Source: Proteromonas lacertae (Eukaryota). Taken from it: a DNA stretch of 64,000 nucleotides. Shown one piece after another: positions 27,842-42,314 of this stretch; the stretch's first letter is position 1, and each line of letters opens with the position of its first letter. The DNA lies in assembly GCA_002245135.1 (NCBI GenBank), contig NGBS01000873.1, positions 248,001 through 312,000 of the forward strand, given 5' to 3'. Made by a program: the position numbers and the translations under genes. Below the pieces are notes generated by a model that was not told the DNA's origin, ran no database searches, and saw only the letters and a program-made list of their open reading frames with translations.

Positions 27842-28955
27842 ATGGAATCTTCTTCTCTTGATCTTGAAAGTACAATGTTATTTTAAATATTCATATAAGA
27901 TTATCCTGATACAAGAAATTTAACAAGCGATGAAATCGAACTTTTGAAACAGAATGGCAATAGAGTTGAAAAGGATGAATGGGATAGAGTAAAAATTAGT
28001 ATAAAATCTGTATTATTTGATCCAACTAAAATTATTAATTGTTATTTCCAAGGAATAAATATCTTAGGTTCAACAGAATCTGAAGATGATTCTTCCAATT
28101 ATGAGTTAAGAAATACAACTTTTGAAAATTGTATAATTCATGATTATTGCAAAATTGTAAATAATAATTTAATAAAAAACACAGAAATATTTGATAATGT
28201 AAAAATCAGTGGTTGTGGAACTGTTACATACGATGGTTCATCTCAATTTGGTGAATTAACAGAAGTTTTATTAGGAAATGAAATTGGAAAAAGAGTAATT
28301 CCAATTAATTCATCAATGAGTTTTAAGGAAGTATCTAAGATAGTAGAGAAGAAGAATGAATTAGTTAAATATTCACCAATAATAAAAATAAGTAAATGCA
28401 ATATAATTGAAAAGAATTGTGATATTGAAAATTGTAATAGTTTAATCAATATCAAACTATCACCAAATACAAAAGTATCTGGTTCATCTTTAAAAGATAC
28501 AACAATTACATCAAACTCAAAACCAGTTCACATCATCAATATGTGTGTATTAGATCATGTGATAGTAAAAGATGGTTGTAAAATAGAAAATTTAGCAATT
28601 ATTTCAAGCAGTATGGTATTTGAAGGTTGTCATATTGTTAATCATGGAAAAATCACTGATTCTATAATTGGACCATATACAGCAACATCGTGTGGTGAAA
28701 TTCATAATTCGTTCTTAGGTCCATATGTTGCAGCACATCATCAAAGTTTAGTTCAATCTGCCATTATATTAGATGGTAAATGCAATATTGCTTATGGTTC
28801 AAATATAGGTAGTAACCATACAGGAAGAGCTCCAGATCAAGAGTTGTGGAGTGGTGAAGGTGTTTTCTTTGGTTTAGGATGTAATATTAAATATCCAATT
28901 AATTTGATTGAATCTCCGCATTCGATTATTGCAAGTGGTGTTTTAATGTTACCAC

Positions 28956-28993
<38 letters not shown>

Positions 28994-29719
28994 TATTTTT
29001 ATTAATAATAGACAATGTCAATGCCATTTTCTCTAGTAAATTCTCCAGTTAAACATTATCCAGAAATGTCTCCAGTTTATAATGAAGTATTTCCAGGTTG
29101 GATAATCTATCAAAGTCCATATTCATTAGTAAGAAATACTAGAAAATATAGAACAAGAACCACAGGAAATGGTAGTACAAATACTAAAGTATTTACAATG
29201 AAGACAATACAGTATATTATCCAAGCTAAGAATCAATTAGAAAGTGTTAAAAACACTGGTGAAAGAGAAAGGTTATATACTGATCAAGATGTACCAGGAT
29301 TAGGTAAAAATTATATGTTAGAAGAGAGTAGAATTGCTGGAATTAATGCATATAAAAGAGCTATATTGTTGTATGCATTGGAAGGATTATTTGATGAATG
29401 TTTAAAACAGAATTATACTGATCCAAAGATGGATATAAATCAGATAGAAAATGTTACAACTGAATTTAAATTTCAGATTCAATTAATCAATGACTATCTT
29501 TCTACTAATATATTATCAGTTGCTTTGAAGAAGTATGTGTTAATGAAAGAGAAATTGTTTGCTGATTCAAGAGATTCTAAGAATCGAGATGATATTCGTG
29601 GTAGAAAAATTATTCCTAATTATGATGATTATTATGAAGGTAGTGAGAATGATTCTGTGATAAATTCAGAAAAAGAGATCTTTGAATCTCAAAAAGAACA
29701 ATTATCTCAATTATTATAA
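27842..29719 (+). CDS. DUF4954-like left-handed beta-helix (hexapeptide-repeat) protein
   Basis: Three exons. N-terminal RNLTSDEIELLKQNGN, hexapeptide-like I-x-D/N-x-C-x-I repeats and NIAYGSNIGSNHTGRAPDQELWSGEGVFFGLG, which I recall from DUF4954 proteins. Confidence 0.7.
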
Positions 29720-29814
29720 CAAAAATAACAAAAATAAGTTTTTTTAAGTGTGTTTTTAATTTAATTTACTATATTTTTTTTGTCTATCACATATTTGTAT
29801 TGTTTTTTTTCATT

Positions 29815-31974
<2,160 letters not shown>

Positions 31975-32046
31975 TAAAAAATTAGAAATGCAATTCACAA
32001 ATCGTAAATCGATCCGTTTCACTTTTTTAACTTTCGTTTTTTAAAT

Positions 32047-34320
32047 ATGACAAATCGAGTAACAGAGAATGTAAAAGTATATTGCAGAGTTAGACCATTA
32101 TTGAATGATGAAATACCAGATAGTCAATGTGTAAAGCCAGTAGATGTTAATAAAGGCCGTTTTTCAGTGGATACTGATGCAGAAACAAAAATGTATATTT
32201 AACATTGATGTATATGATAATTAGATATTCAATGGATTCATTCTTCCCAGAATCTTCAAAACAGGATGAAGTGTTTGATACAGTTGCATTACCAGTAGTT
32301 CAATCTGTGCTGCATGGTTTTAATGGAACTATCATGGCTTATGGTCAAACAGGAGCAGGTAAAACTTACACAATGCTTGGTCCAGACGCATCGAATAACA
32401 CTAAAGGAATAATTCCACATTGTTTAGAATCAATATTTTCATATGTAAAACAAAATTCAGTGAATTATGAATGGACAATTGAATTGTCATTTATTCAAAT
32501 ATATTGTGAGTTAATTTTAGATTTGTTTAATCCCCAATCTAAAGTAACAATACGTGAAAACCAATCTCATTCCACCTTTCTAGAAGGAGCTACAAAATAC
32601 AATATATCCAATGTAAATGAAGGAATTGAATTAATCCAAAAAGGATTAGAAACAAGAATAACAAGTTCAACAGCAATGAATAGTGATTCAAGTAGAAGTC
32701 ATGCAATATTAGCACTGTATATAACAAAAAGAAAGACATCCAATGTTAATGAAGATAGTAATAATGGAATAAAAGCATTCTTTGGTACTTTATATTTAGT
32801 AGATTTAGCAGGTTCTGAAAGAGTAGGCAAATCTGCAGTTTATGGAACACATTTCAATGAATTAAAAGCAATTAATTTATCATTATCTGCCTTAGGGAAT
32901 TGTATTAATGCATTAGCAGAGAAAAGATCATTTGTTCCATATAGAGATAGTAAATTAACAAGATTATTATCATCTTCATTAGGTGGAAATAGTAAAACAA
33001 GGTATTTATATATTTATTATTATTATTAAATAGTTTAATATTGTGTATAAGTCCAAGTGCCTATAATAGACAAGAAACTATTTATACCTTAGCATTTGGT
33101 GAAAGGGCTATGACAATAACATTGAATTTATATACAAATGAAGAAGTTGATTATAAAGCGTTGTATTTAATCACACAAAAGAAATTAGATGAAAGTAATG
33201 ATGAGATTATTAAACAGAAGATATTAATTGAGAAATTAAGAAATGAGTTGAAAGAAGTGAAAGATGAATTAGAAAGTTCAAATTATAATAATAAAGTATT
33301 AATACTTATATATTGTTTATTTATGTCTTTATCAATAGATGTTAAAAGAACAATTGAATAGTTATAATTCAATGAGTAAAAGTGAAGAAAAAGGAGAAAA
33401 TATCTCTACAAAATGGGAAAAAGAAATTGAAACAATCCAATTGAAGTATAAAGAAGAATTAGAAAAAGAAAAAGAAAGAATGAATAAATCTAAAGAAGAA
33501 TCGTTAATTCAGTTACACCAAGCTGAAGAAGAATGGAATAAGATTGAAAGTGAATTAAACAATCAAAAGAGAGAGTATCTTGATACATTGCAAGATCTAA
33601 AAGAAACTAAAAAAGAATTATCTGATTTAGATTCATCTACAAGTCAAAGAATTGCTGAATTAATGGAAGATATTCAGATATATGAGAATAGATTAGGTGA
33701 ATATGAACAAAGATATGGAGTATTAGAAGATGAAGAAGAAGCAGATATTGAAACAGAAAAGTTGAGAATAGAATTGGAAAGTAAGGAAAAAGAATTGAAT
33801 GAAGTAAAAGATCAGTTTAAAAATGAATTTGAATCATTAGATAAATTGTATAAAACTAAAGTTGATCATTTAGCTGAAAGAGTTCATGTAATTGAAGAAA
33901 GTAAATTTAATCCAAAATTAGCTGTTAAACCTTCACAACAACAGCAAAACTCAATAAAACCAAAGAAATTACCAAGTTATATGAATGCTAGAGCTGTAGC
34001 AATAACTGGCAAATCTGCAATTGATAGAAGAAAACAATATGGAAATAGTATTTATTTACATAATGCTAATTTGTCAAAGATTAATAATAAGAATAAAATG
34101 AGTCGTATATATATCATCATAATTATATTTAATAGAAATCAATAAAGTGTATGGTAATAGCAATATTGGAAGAAGTATGTCAACAGGAACTGCATATCAA
34201 AGAAAGAACACTAACAATTTTTCATCTTATTTAGTTGATAATACTAAAATGAAGAAACAGAATTCAATTAGTGGAAGGAATGTTGCTCCGTTAAAACCTA
34301 GAATTAATACTCATTGGTAA
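32047..34320 (+). CDS. N-terminal-motor kinesin with coiled-coil tail (neck EVDYKALY, ARK-like)
   Basis: Motifs VKVYCRVRP, GQTGAGKT, SSRSH, DLAGSE and VPYRDSKLTRLL; four short introns join the ORFs to TAA at 34320. Confidence 0.9.
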
Positions 34321-34607
34321 GATAATATATTTATGTATTTAATTGTGTTGTTTAATTTGGATAATTATTTCACACTTACTCTCCCGCATGTAATTTATAT
34401 TGTAAACAAATATAACATATCAAGCTAAATGTATTAAAAACTATTTCATTCCTTTTTTGTTGTTATTTGTATTATATAAATTACTATAAAATACAGGATA
34501 CTACTTTGTCCTTATATTTTACTTATTGTTTACTGCAAAAATTATTAATTTTATTCTAATTTCAATAAACAATAAGTAAGTGTAATAACATATCATAATT
34601 TAGTATC

Positions 34608-37600
34608 TTATCTATCCAAACATCTAATTTTCAACATACAGAAGTATAAACATAAAATCATCACAAATATGACAATTAATTGATAACCAACTAAATTCCA
34701 TAACAAATCATATCTCATCCCATAAAAATCAATGAAATATTCATGAATTGTTAATGTAATATTACCTTCAATACGAACATTTGGACAAGAAGCTTTATTT
34801 GTTTCAAAATTATCACATTTGAATTGATTTATAGCTGCTGCTTGTTGAGAATACATTTGAGGATTTATCCAATATAACCATTTCCAAGGAGCTTTCAAAG
34901 AAGGATATGGAGTTAAAAAACCAGTAAATGTCATTGCTAAACTATTACCAATATTAATTGCTAAAGAAGCATTAGATTCTTTAGTAAAGAAATAAGAACA
35001 CCATTGAGCTAATAAAGAGCAAAATAAATACCATTCATATGTAACTAATAAATGAATTAACACTTTCTTTATATCACCATCTAATCCAACCATTGGATAG
35101 AATATCAGATTGAATACCAATGATAGCATAAAAACATACACTGCTTCAACAAATACTAAAGAAATCAAATGAGCAAATGGATGATATGTTTTCATTAAAT
35201 CTTCTCGATAAAATATCATTCTTGTACCAATTACAAAACTAACTACAGAATATACACAGTTTATTCCACAAGACATAATACTTATACTTATTCCAGCAAA
35301 TTTACTTTGAAGCCCACCTTGATTACTATCATCTACTTGGAAATATAATATACCAATAGGAATAAAAGATATAATTACATCTTCAAATCTTGCCAAATTA
35401 AAATCAAGTTTTCTCCAATTCATTCGGAAATTTCTTTTGGTTACTTCATAGATTTGTCTGAATATTGAAACTGAATATTTAGATTTGGATTTCACTGATG
35501 GTTGATCAGAATTCTTTATTTCATTTATTATATTCAAATTATCTTCATACAATTTGCTTTTCATATAATAATCACCAAATTCAATAGTATTTTTACCATC
35601 TACACCAGCACCTGTTACTTCTAACATCCAACTAGCTGGATTATCATTCTCTTTAATCTTTGGAACATTTTCTATCTCACTTATATATTCTACCACTTTT
35701 GAACCATGTTCACCTAATGGACCTAAATAAACTACTTTTCCACCTCTTTCTAACAATAATACATCACTAAATAGTTTGAATATTTCATAAGATGGCTGAT
35801 GGATTGTACAAATTATACTTCTTCCACATTCAGCTATTCTTTGTAATACTTGACATACTAACAAGGCAGATGAACTATCTAATCCAGTTGTTGGTTCATC
35901 TAAGAACAATATTGAGGGATTAGCTGCTAATTCTATTCCAATCATTACCAATTTTCTTATACCCATTGGCAAACCATTCTCTTTTGTTCCTATCATCATA
36001 TTTTTATATTCACTTAATCCTAATAATTCGATTGTTTCATCTACATATTTCATTATCACACTATCTTTGGGATTTCCTGGATATCTTAATCTACCACTAA
36101 ACATTAATGCTTCTTTCACAGTCTCAGTTTCAGGTAATGTATCTTCTTGTTCAACATATCCACTTAACATACACAAATCATTGGTTTTGTATTCTTTACC
36201 ATTCAATAAGAATGTACCTTCTGTTTTTCCTTGTGTTTTTCTGTTTGCTAATACATCCAATAAGGTTGTTTTACCTGCACCACTTGCTCCCATTAAAGCA
36301 GTCATACTGTGACTTCTTACAAATCCACTTACATCGTCTAATAACGTTTTATCTACTTTTCTTTTTGTTATTGGATCTTTTACTCTTACACTGTATTTCA
36401 CATGCTCAAATGTAAAATCTACATTCTTTACTGGAATATCAAGTGAACTAGCTTTCTTTTCATTCATATCTCTCTTCATCTTCTCCAACTTATTTATTGA
36501 ATCTTTATCTACTGTTTTACTTGGATAATAAGGATCATAATGGAAGAAATGAACTACTAATATTTGACATATTACAAAGAAGATATGTTCACATATTAAT
36601 ATTATTAATGAATACCATATTTCACTTCTTTCAGTTGGAAAATCATATGCTTTGAGATAGATTTTTGATTCTTCTTTTGTATATTTATTACTTGTAAATT
36701 CATTTATAATTTGGATTTTTAACATATGAGCAAATGGACTGAAATAATAAAATTCAATTAACCAAATTGGAATACTCTTTCTGGTTATATTAAAACCATT
36801 AAATGTATATATTATAAAACCAACCAGTGGTAGAAATGAACTTAAACTTCCCATTGTTTCAAATAGATATACAAATATTCCATAACAGGATATAAATGTT
36901 GTATATCCAAGAAATAATGATAGAATATAAATGAAATAATATTCACCATTATTATCAAATGAAAATCCCATCATTGAATAGATTATTGTCCCATATACTA
37001 TAGTTTCAAGAAATTGAATCAGATAATTGCTTATCACTGAACTGATTATATAAGCACTACTACTATAATATCCTTGTTTCAATTGTTTATATAATGGTAA
37101 TTTATTCAAAAAAGAAGGCATTATTATTCCTAATGTTGCAGTTACTATTGTAGCTGTAGCTATAAACATACCTCCAATTTTGGATATAAAATCATCTTTA
37201 TCAAGTCCAAAAAATATCCAACCAAGGATTACACTAGATATAATTTGTTGCATCATTCTTCCTATCATTACACCAGGATTCTTGTATATATTCTTACAGT
37301 GATAATTGAACAAGTAACATAACTGTTGAATGTAAGACATTGTATGTTTTTGATGAAACATTAAATCATTATAATTATTGTGAATTTCTATGGATGGAAT
37401 AGCTTCTTCATTTACTTCTTTTTCTATCTTTTCATAATTCTCACTCTTGTGGTATAAATCAACCATTGACTTTATATCAACATTCACACTTTCATCTTTT
37501 CGAAATGATAATCTTGATTCTTCTTTTCCCATATCTGATAAAAATGAACCAATATCTTTATTATTTGGAATATTATAACCAATTGAATTGAAATACTTCA

Positions 37601-38557
37601 TAATACACTCTTCATTTGATGATCCACCATAAATTATCTCACCTTCACTCAGTATTATCACATTATCAAACAGTTTTATTACCTCAGGATCTGGCTGTAA
37701 TAAGTGACATACTAAGATTCCTTCAAATATCTTTACCCATTGATTTAGGAATTTACATATGTCATACGTAACTGCACTATCTAAACCGGTACTCACTTTA
37801 TCCAACAACAATACTCTGGCTGGACCAGCTAATGCTTCACCTAATGTAACTCTTTTCTTTTCACCTCCACTAATACCTCGAATCATTTCATCACCTACTA
37901 ATGTATTTTCACAGATATTCAATCCCAACTTTTCTATCAACAGTTTGGTTTTATTACTCACATCAGCTTCTAATCTGTAATGGCCTTTTTTTAATAGATT
38001 ACCTTTACCATTCAAACAATGAACTGCAAAGTTTATTGTTTCTTTCACAGTCAAATTGCCTAATTGAATGTCATTTTGACCACAGAAACTACACAATTTC
38101 TTCCAGTTCAAACTCTCGATTGACTTACCATCACATTTCACGCTCCTGTGTGTTTACTGGATGGAATATAACTTGCCAATGCCTTTAAGAACGATGTAGT
38201 ACCTGAAGAAGGAGGGCCAAATACCTAATTGCTTATAAGTATGTTTTATACTAACGTTGATGAACCAGACTTGAAGTGATAAGTCACATCCTTAAGAACC
38301 ACTTGATTCTTCTTGCTTGATAAACCTAATCCATCCATAACTTGATAATAAACTCCAGTAACGATATTTGGAATATCATTATACTCTCTTTTGGCTTTCT
38401 TTACTTCAAATGTGTAGTTTTTGATAACAATATCAACTTTTGGTAAGTCAGGTAAAAATGTCTTCAGCTGCTTAGCATAGTCTTCGTATTCTGATATAAC
38501 ATCTATTTTTATATCAGACTGAGCTAAACTAACCGGTAATACTAAATTATCACTCAT
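34608..38557 (-). CDS. Full-size ABCG / PDR transporter (NBD-TMD-NBD-TMD)
   Basis: One intron near the 5' end; NBD1 GISGGEKKRVT; NBD2 GASGAGKTT and LFLDEPTTGLDS; NPASWMLEV; two 6-TM blocks. Confidence 0.92.
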
Positions 38558-38826
38558 AAATTTCACAGTATTTGAAATTATTAAATTTTACATTTGTTAA
38601 CATTATTTCTTAACAAACGATTAATGTTTAATTACATCTCAATATATAGGCGCAAGAAGATTAAATAAATAGCTAATATATAATGATTTTATATATAGTG
38701 AAAAGGCAAAATGATCAAAGCGATATTTGGTAAATTTACAAATTATTTACATTTCATATATGTAAATATACACACAACACATTATAACTACAGGTAATAT
38801 ATAACAAAATAGATTTTTAAATACTT

Positions 38827-41800
38827 TTACTCTTTTTCTTCTTCTTCTTCTAATATCAACTCTCTTTCTTTACTTTCTTCATTACTAAATAAAACACCAC
38901 CATAACTTTCTTCTTCTTCTTCTTTCTTCTCATTTTTATTATTAGTAGTATTATTAATATTATCATCTAAATCAGAATCATCAGAACTTAATGAAGTTAT
39001 TTCTACATCAGGTTTATAAGAACTTGAAGATTTTGCTGCTACAATCTTAGATACTCGAGAAGGAACACTACTCTTTCGAGGATTCTTTAAAGCTGGAGGT
39101 TGATTTGCTCCTTCTTTAGCATTTGGATTCTTCTTTCTCTCTAAAATTGGTAGTAAATATTCTAAAACTCTTTGTAGTTTTACTGATAAATGACTATTCT
39201 ATTAATATATTAATATAATTAACAAATATATATATAAATACAGATGGAATATCATCAAATTGTTTATATTCAGCTATTTGACCCAAAGCATCAACAAATT
39301 CTAAAAATCGCATCTTTTGATCTTCATATGTTAATACTTCATCTATTACTGTTTGTTCAGCTCGAATAAATGCAAATGTCACTTCACGAGCTGTAAATCC
39401 ATCATCCATTAAACCACTTGCATTTAGTAAATCGCCAAATTCACCAATTGACATAAATGGTTTTTCACCTGGTAATGCTTCTCTTCCACTATACATGTCA
39501 AATAAGGCTTGAATTTGAACTTTATTGTTTTTAAAAATATCATCACATTTTTCATTATATAATCGAGACCATCTCCAAGAATTAATATCAAAATAATCAG
39601 CTCGTGGTAACACAAATTCTTCTAATAATTGTTTCATTCCATCAGCTACTTTACTCATTTTACCATTCTTTATGTATTTTGCCATAGCTATTCGAGGTAA
39701 AGATTCTAAAAATTCATATCTCATAAATGCTCTTTCATTATTACGTTTTGGTCTAGGACCTACTGATACATTCACTGCAATAAATATTGTATCTAAATCT
39801 TTTAAAGCGCAAGTATCATCGTCAGGAATTTCACATTTTACACAAAATTCAGTAAAGCCATTCCATTGAATTGCAAATGGATCTCCTGCACCAAAACAAG
39901 CATAGTGTTTGTAGATATCTTTAATTATTTTATAATGAGATTTTAATATTTGTTTCGTGTTTTCTAAATCATCAGGATCTTTTATAAACTTTCCACATTT
40001 AGTGTGACTCCAATCAGCTTCAAAACATTTTCGAATCAAATCATCATTATCACGATTATATGGATAAAATATTGATTTAGGAAATGACCAAGGATCTTTT
40101 GCTGGAGGTGGACCTTCTACTGGTTTTGCTGGTTCATATTCTCGTGGTGGAGGGTAATCCACTAATACATCCTCTCTCAATGGATTATCGATATAATTGG
40201 CAACTGAAAATTTCATATCAGGTAAACCAGGAATTGCTATTGTAATATATAAATAAAAATAATTATACAATATTCAGCTCCCATCACATCTTTATCTAAA
40301 TCAAATGCATAAGTAACTGGTTGATAGCTATGACCATTTAACAGTAGAAATACAAATGTATTCTTACCTGGAGGAAACATCCTTTCCATTTTCCATACAT
40401 CACCTACTTTATCCATCGTCATTGGAGTAAAATCTAGAGAAAATTAATATATATATATATATATACTATCAAATGAAAAACAAATTCGAATTTCTTCAGC
40501 TTTTGGACCACTTTTACCTGGTGTATAAACGATTGTATATGGTCTCCAACCTCCACATATCCAACAGTGAGTATTATCTCGAAAGCAATCATTGGGAATT
40601 ACATCCCATAATGGCTTATTACGAGTATCACTACTCCAATAGATTTCTTTTGCTCGATTATCTTTCTTTTCACCTAATTCCCAAGGTTGAACATATACTT
40701 GAGCATCTACACTACACATCTCACCTTCTAAATGAATTCCTATTAATATGTGATTTTGAGTTAGAGCAATATTTATTCGATCTAAATCATCCTTCGAGAA
40801 ATTATTATGAGATAAATCTAAATGAATTAATGTATTATTTTTTATAAACATATCACATAAAGAATCAACTGGACTATCAGCTACTCGATTACCACTAGCA
40901 AAACAATTCCATGATAAATCAGCTACTTCTAATGTATTATTATCTCTTATTCCTTCAGCTACAGCCTTTGCACCATCACCTCGAATTTGATTCCACGCTA
41001 ATGATATTCCTTTCAGACTTTGATTTTGACTTAATAAATTACCAAAACAAATAGCTCCTCGATCAGATATTTCATTATAGCCCAAATCTAAATATTCCAG
41101 TGTAGCATTATATTTTATTGCACTACAAATCATTACAACATCTTTATCAGTTATTCCTGTTTTCTTTAGATATAAATGAGAAATATTATAATTTGGATCA
41201 TCCAAAATTTCGGCTAATTTTTTCACAGCTTCTGTTCCTATCATATTATTAGTTAAATCTAATTGATATATTTGACTTGTTAATGATTTCAATAAAGAAA
41301 TAACTCCACTGGAAGTCAATCTATTATCAGATAAATCTAATTTTGTAATTCCATTTAACTGTAATAAAGCATCACCATGTGCCATTGCATAATTATCTCC
41401 CATTCCATAATTTGATAATTTGACTGTAGTAGGAGCTCTTGGAGATGGGACAATACCTAATGGTTCAGGAACTATACCCATTCTTTCACACTAAATAAAA
41501 TAAAATAAAAAATAAAAATATATAATACAGCAACTAAATAATTTGTTCTTGCTGAATCTGGTCTTGCTCCTTTATCATTTCTATTTCTTAAGTTATGATA
41601 ACGTGAATAATAGGTTGCTAATTGATCTCTTCTATCACTGAATGGGTTTAAAGTCTCAGTTTCTGGATATCTTTGAACTTCTTTGTCATATACTCTTGCA
41701 CTTTGAGATTTGTTTTTGTGTGGTAAATTTACTAATTTATCTAATGGTAAGGTTATTTGGGAAAAATCATCTACTTTTTTATCTTCTTTTCTTTCTACTA

Positions 41801-42097
41801 GTGACTCTTCGAATTTATAATCGTATTCTGGGTCAACTATATCTATCTTTAAATCATCTGGAGTATGTGCTCTTAAAGTTAAATCAGCAGTTCCTCTAAT
41901 AATAATAAAATTATGTGTTAATTTGAATACTGTTGCATTGGAGTAGAATCAGGTAACTAAATTATAAAATAATATTATTATACGTAATCGTAAGTTTCAT
42001 CTTCTATTCCTGCGCCTGTAATAAAAGGATCTTTTTGTTGCTAATGAACTATAAAGGGTATAAATACGAAAATATAGTTTCCTGTTGCAGTAGTCAT
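38827..42097 (-). CDS. RI-like leucine-rich-repeat protein with a small beta domain and a helical C-terminal domain
   Basis: Multi-exon model from ATG 42097 to TAA 38827; LRRs (LDLSDNRL, LDLTNNMI, LDLGYNEI, ADLSWNCF, LDLSHNNF), then CWICGGW and a C-terminal RYEFLE...FLEFVDAL region. Confidence 0.75.
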
Positions 42098-42314
42098 GAC
42101 TGAAAAACAGTGTATATTTTATTAAGAAGATAGCTTTCTATTACAAACAAAAAAAACTATTTCAAAATTAAAACTGTTTTACTGTAATTATATCTGTAAA
42201 TTACTAATTACTCAAGCCTAAATCAAAGCATCGTTACATTTGACTTTTTTGATTTTTTATATCAAATAGTCGGCTTTAGGATAAACTTATAGTCAGAAAG
42301 AGAAAAGTGTCAAT

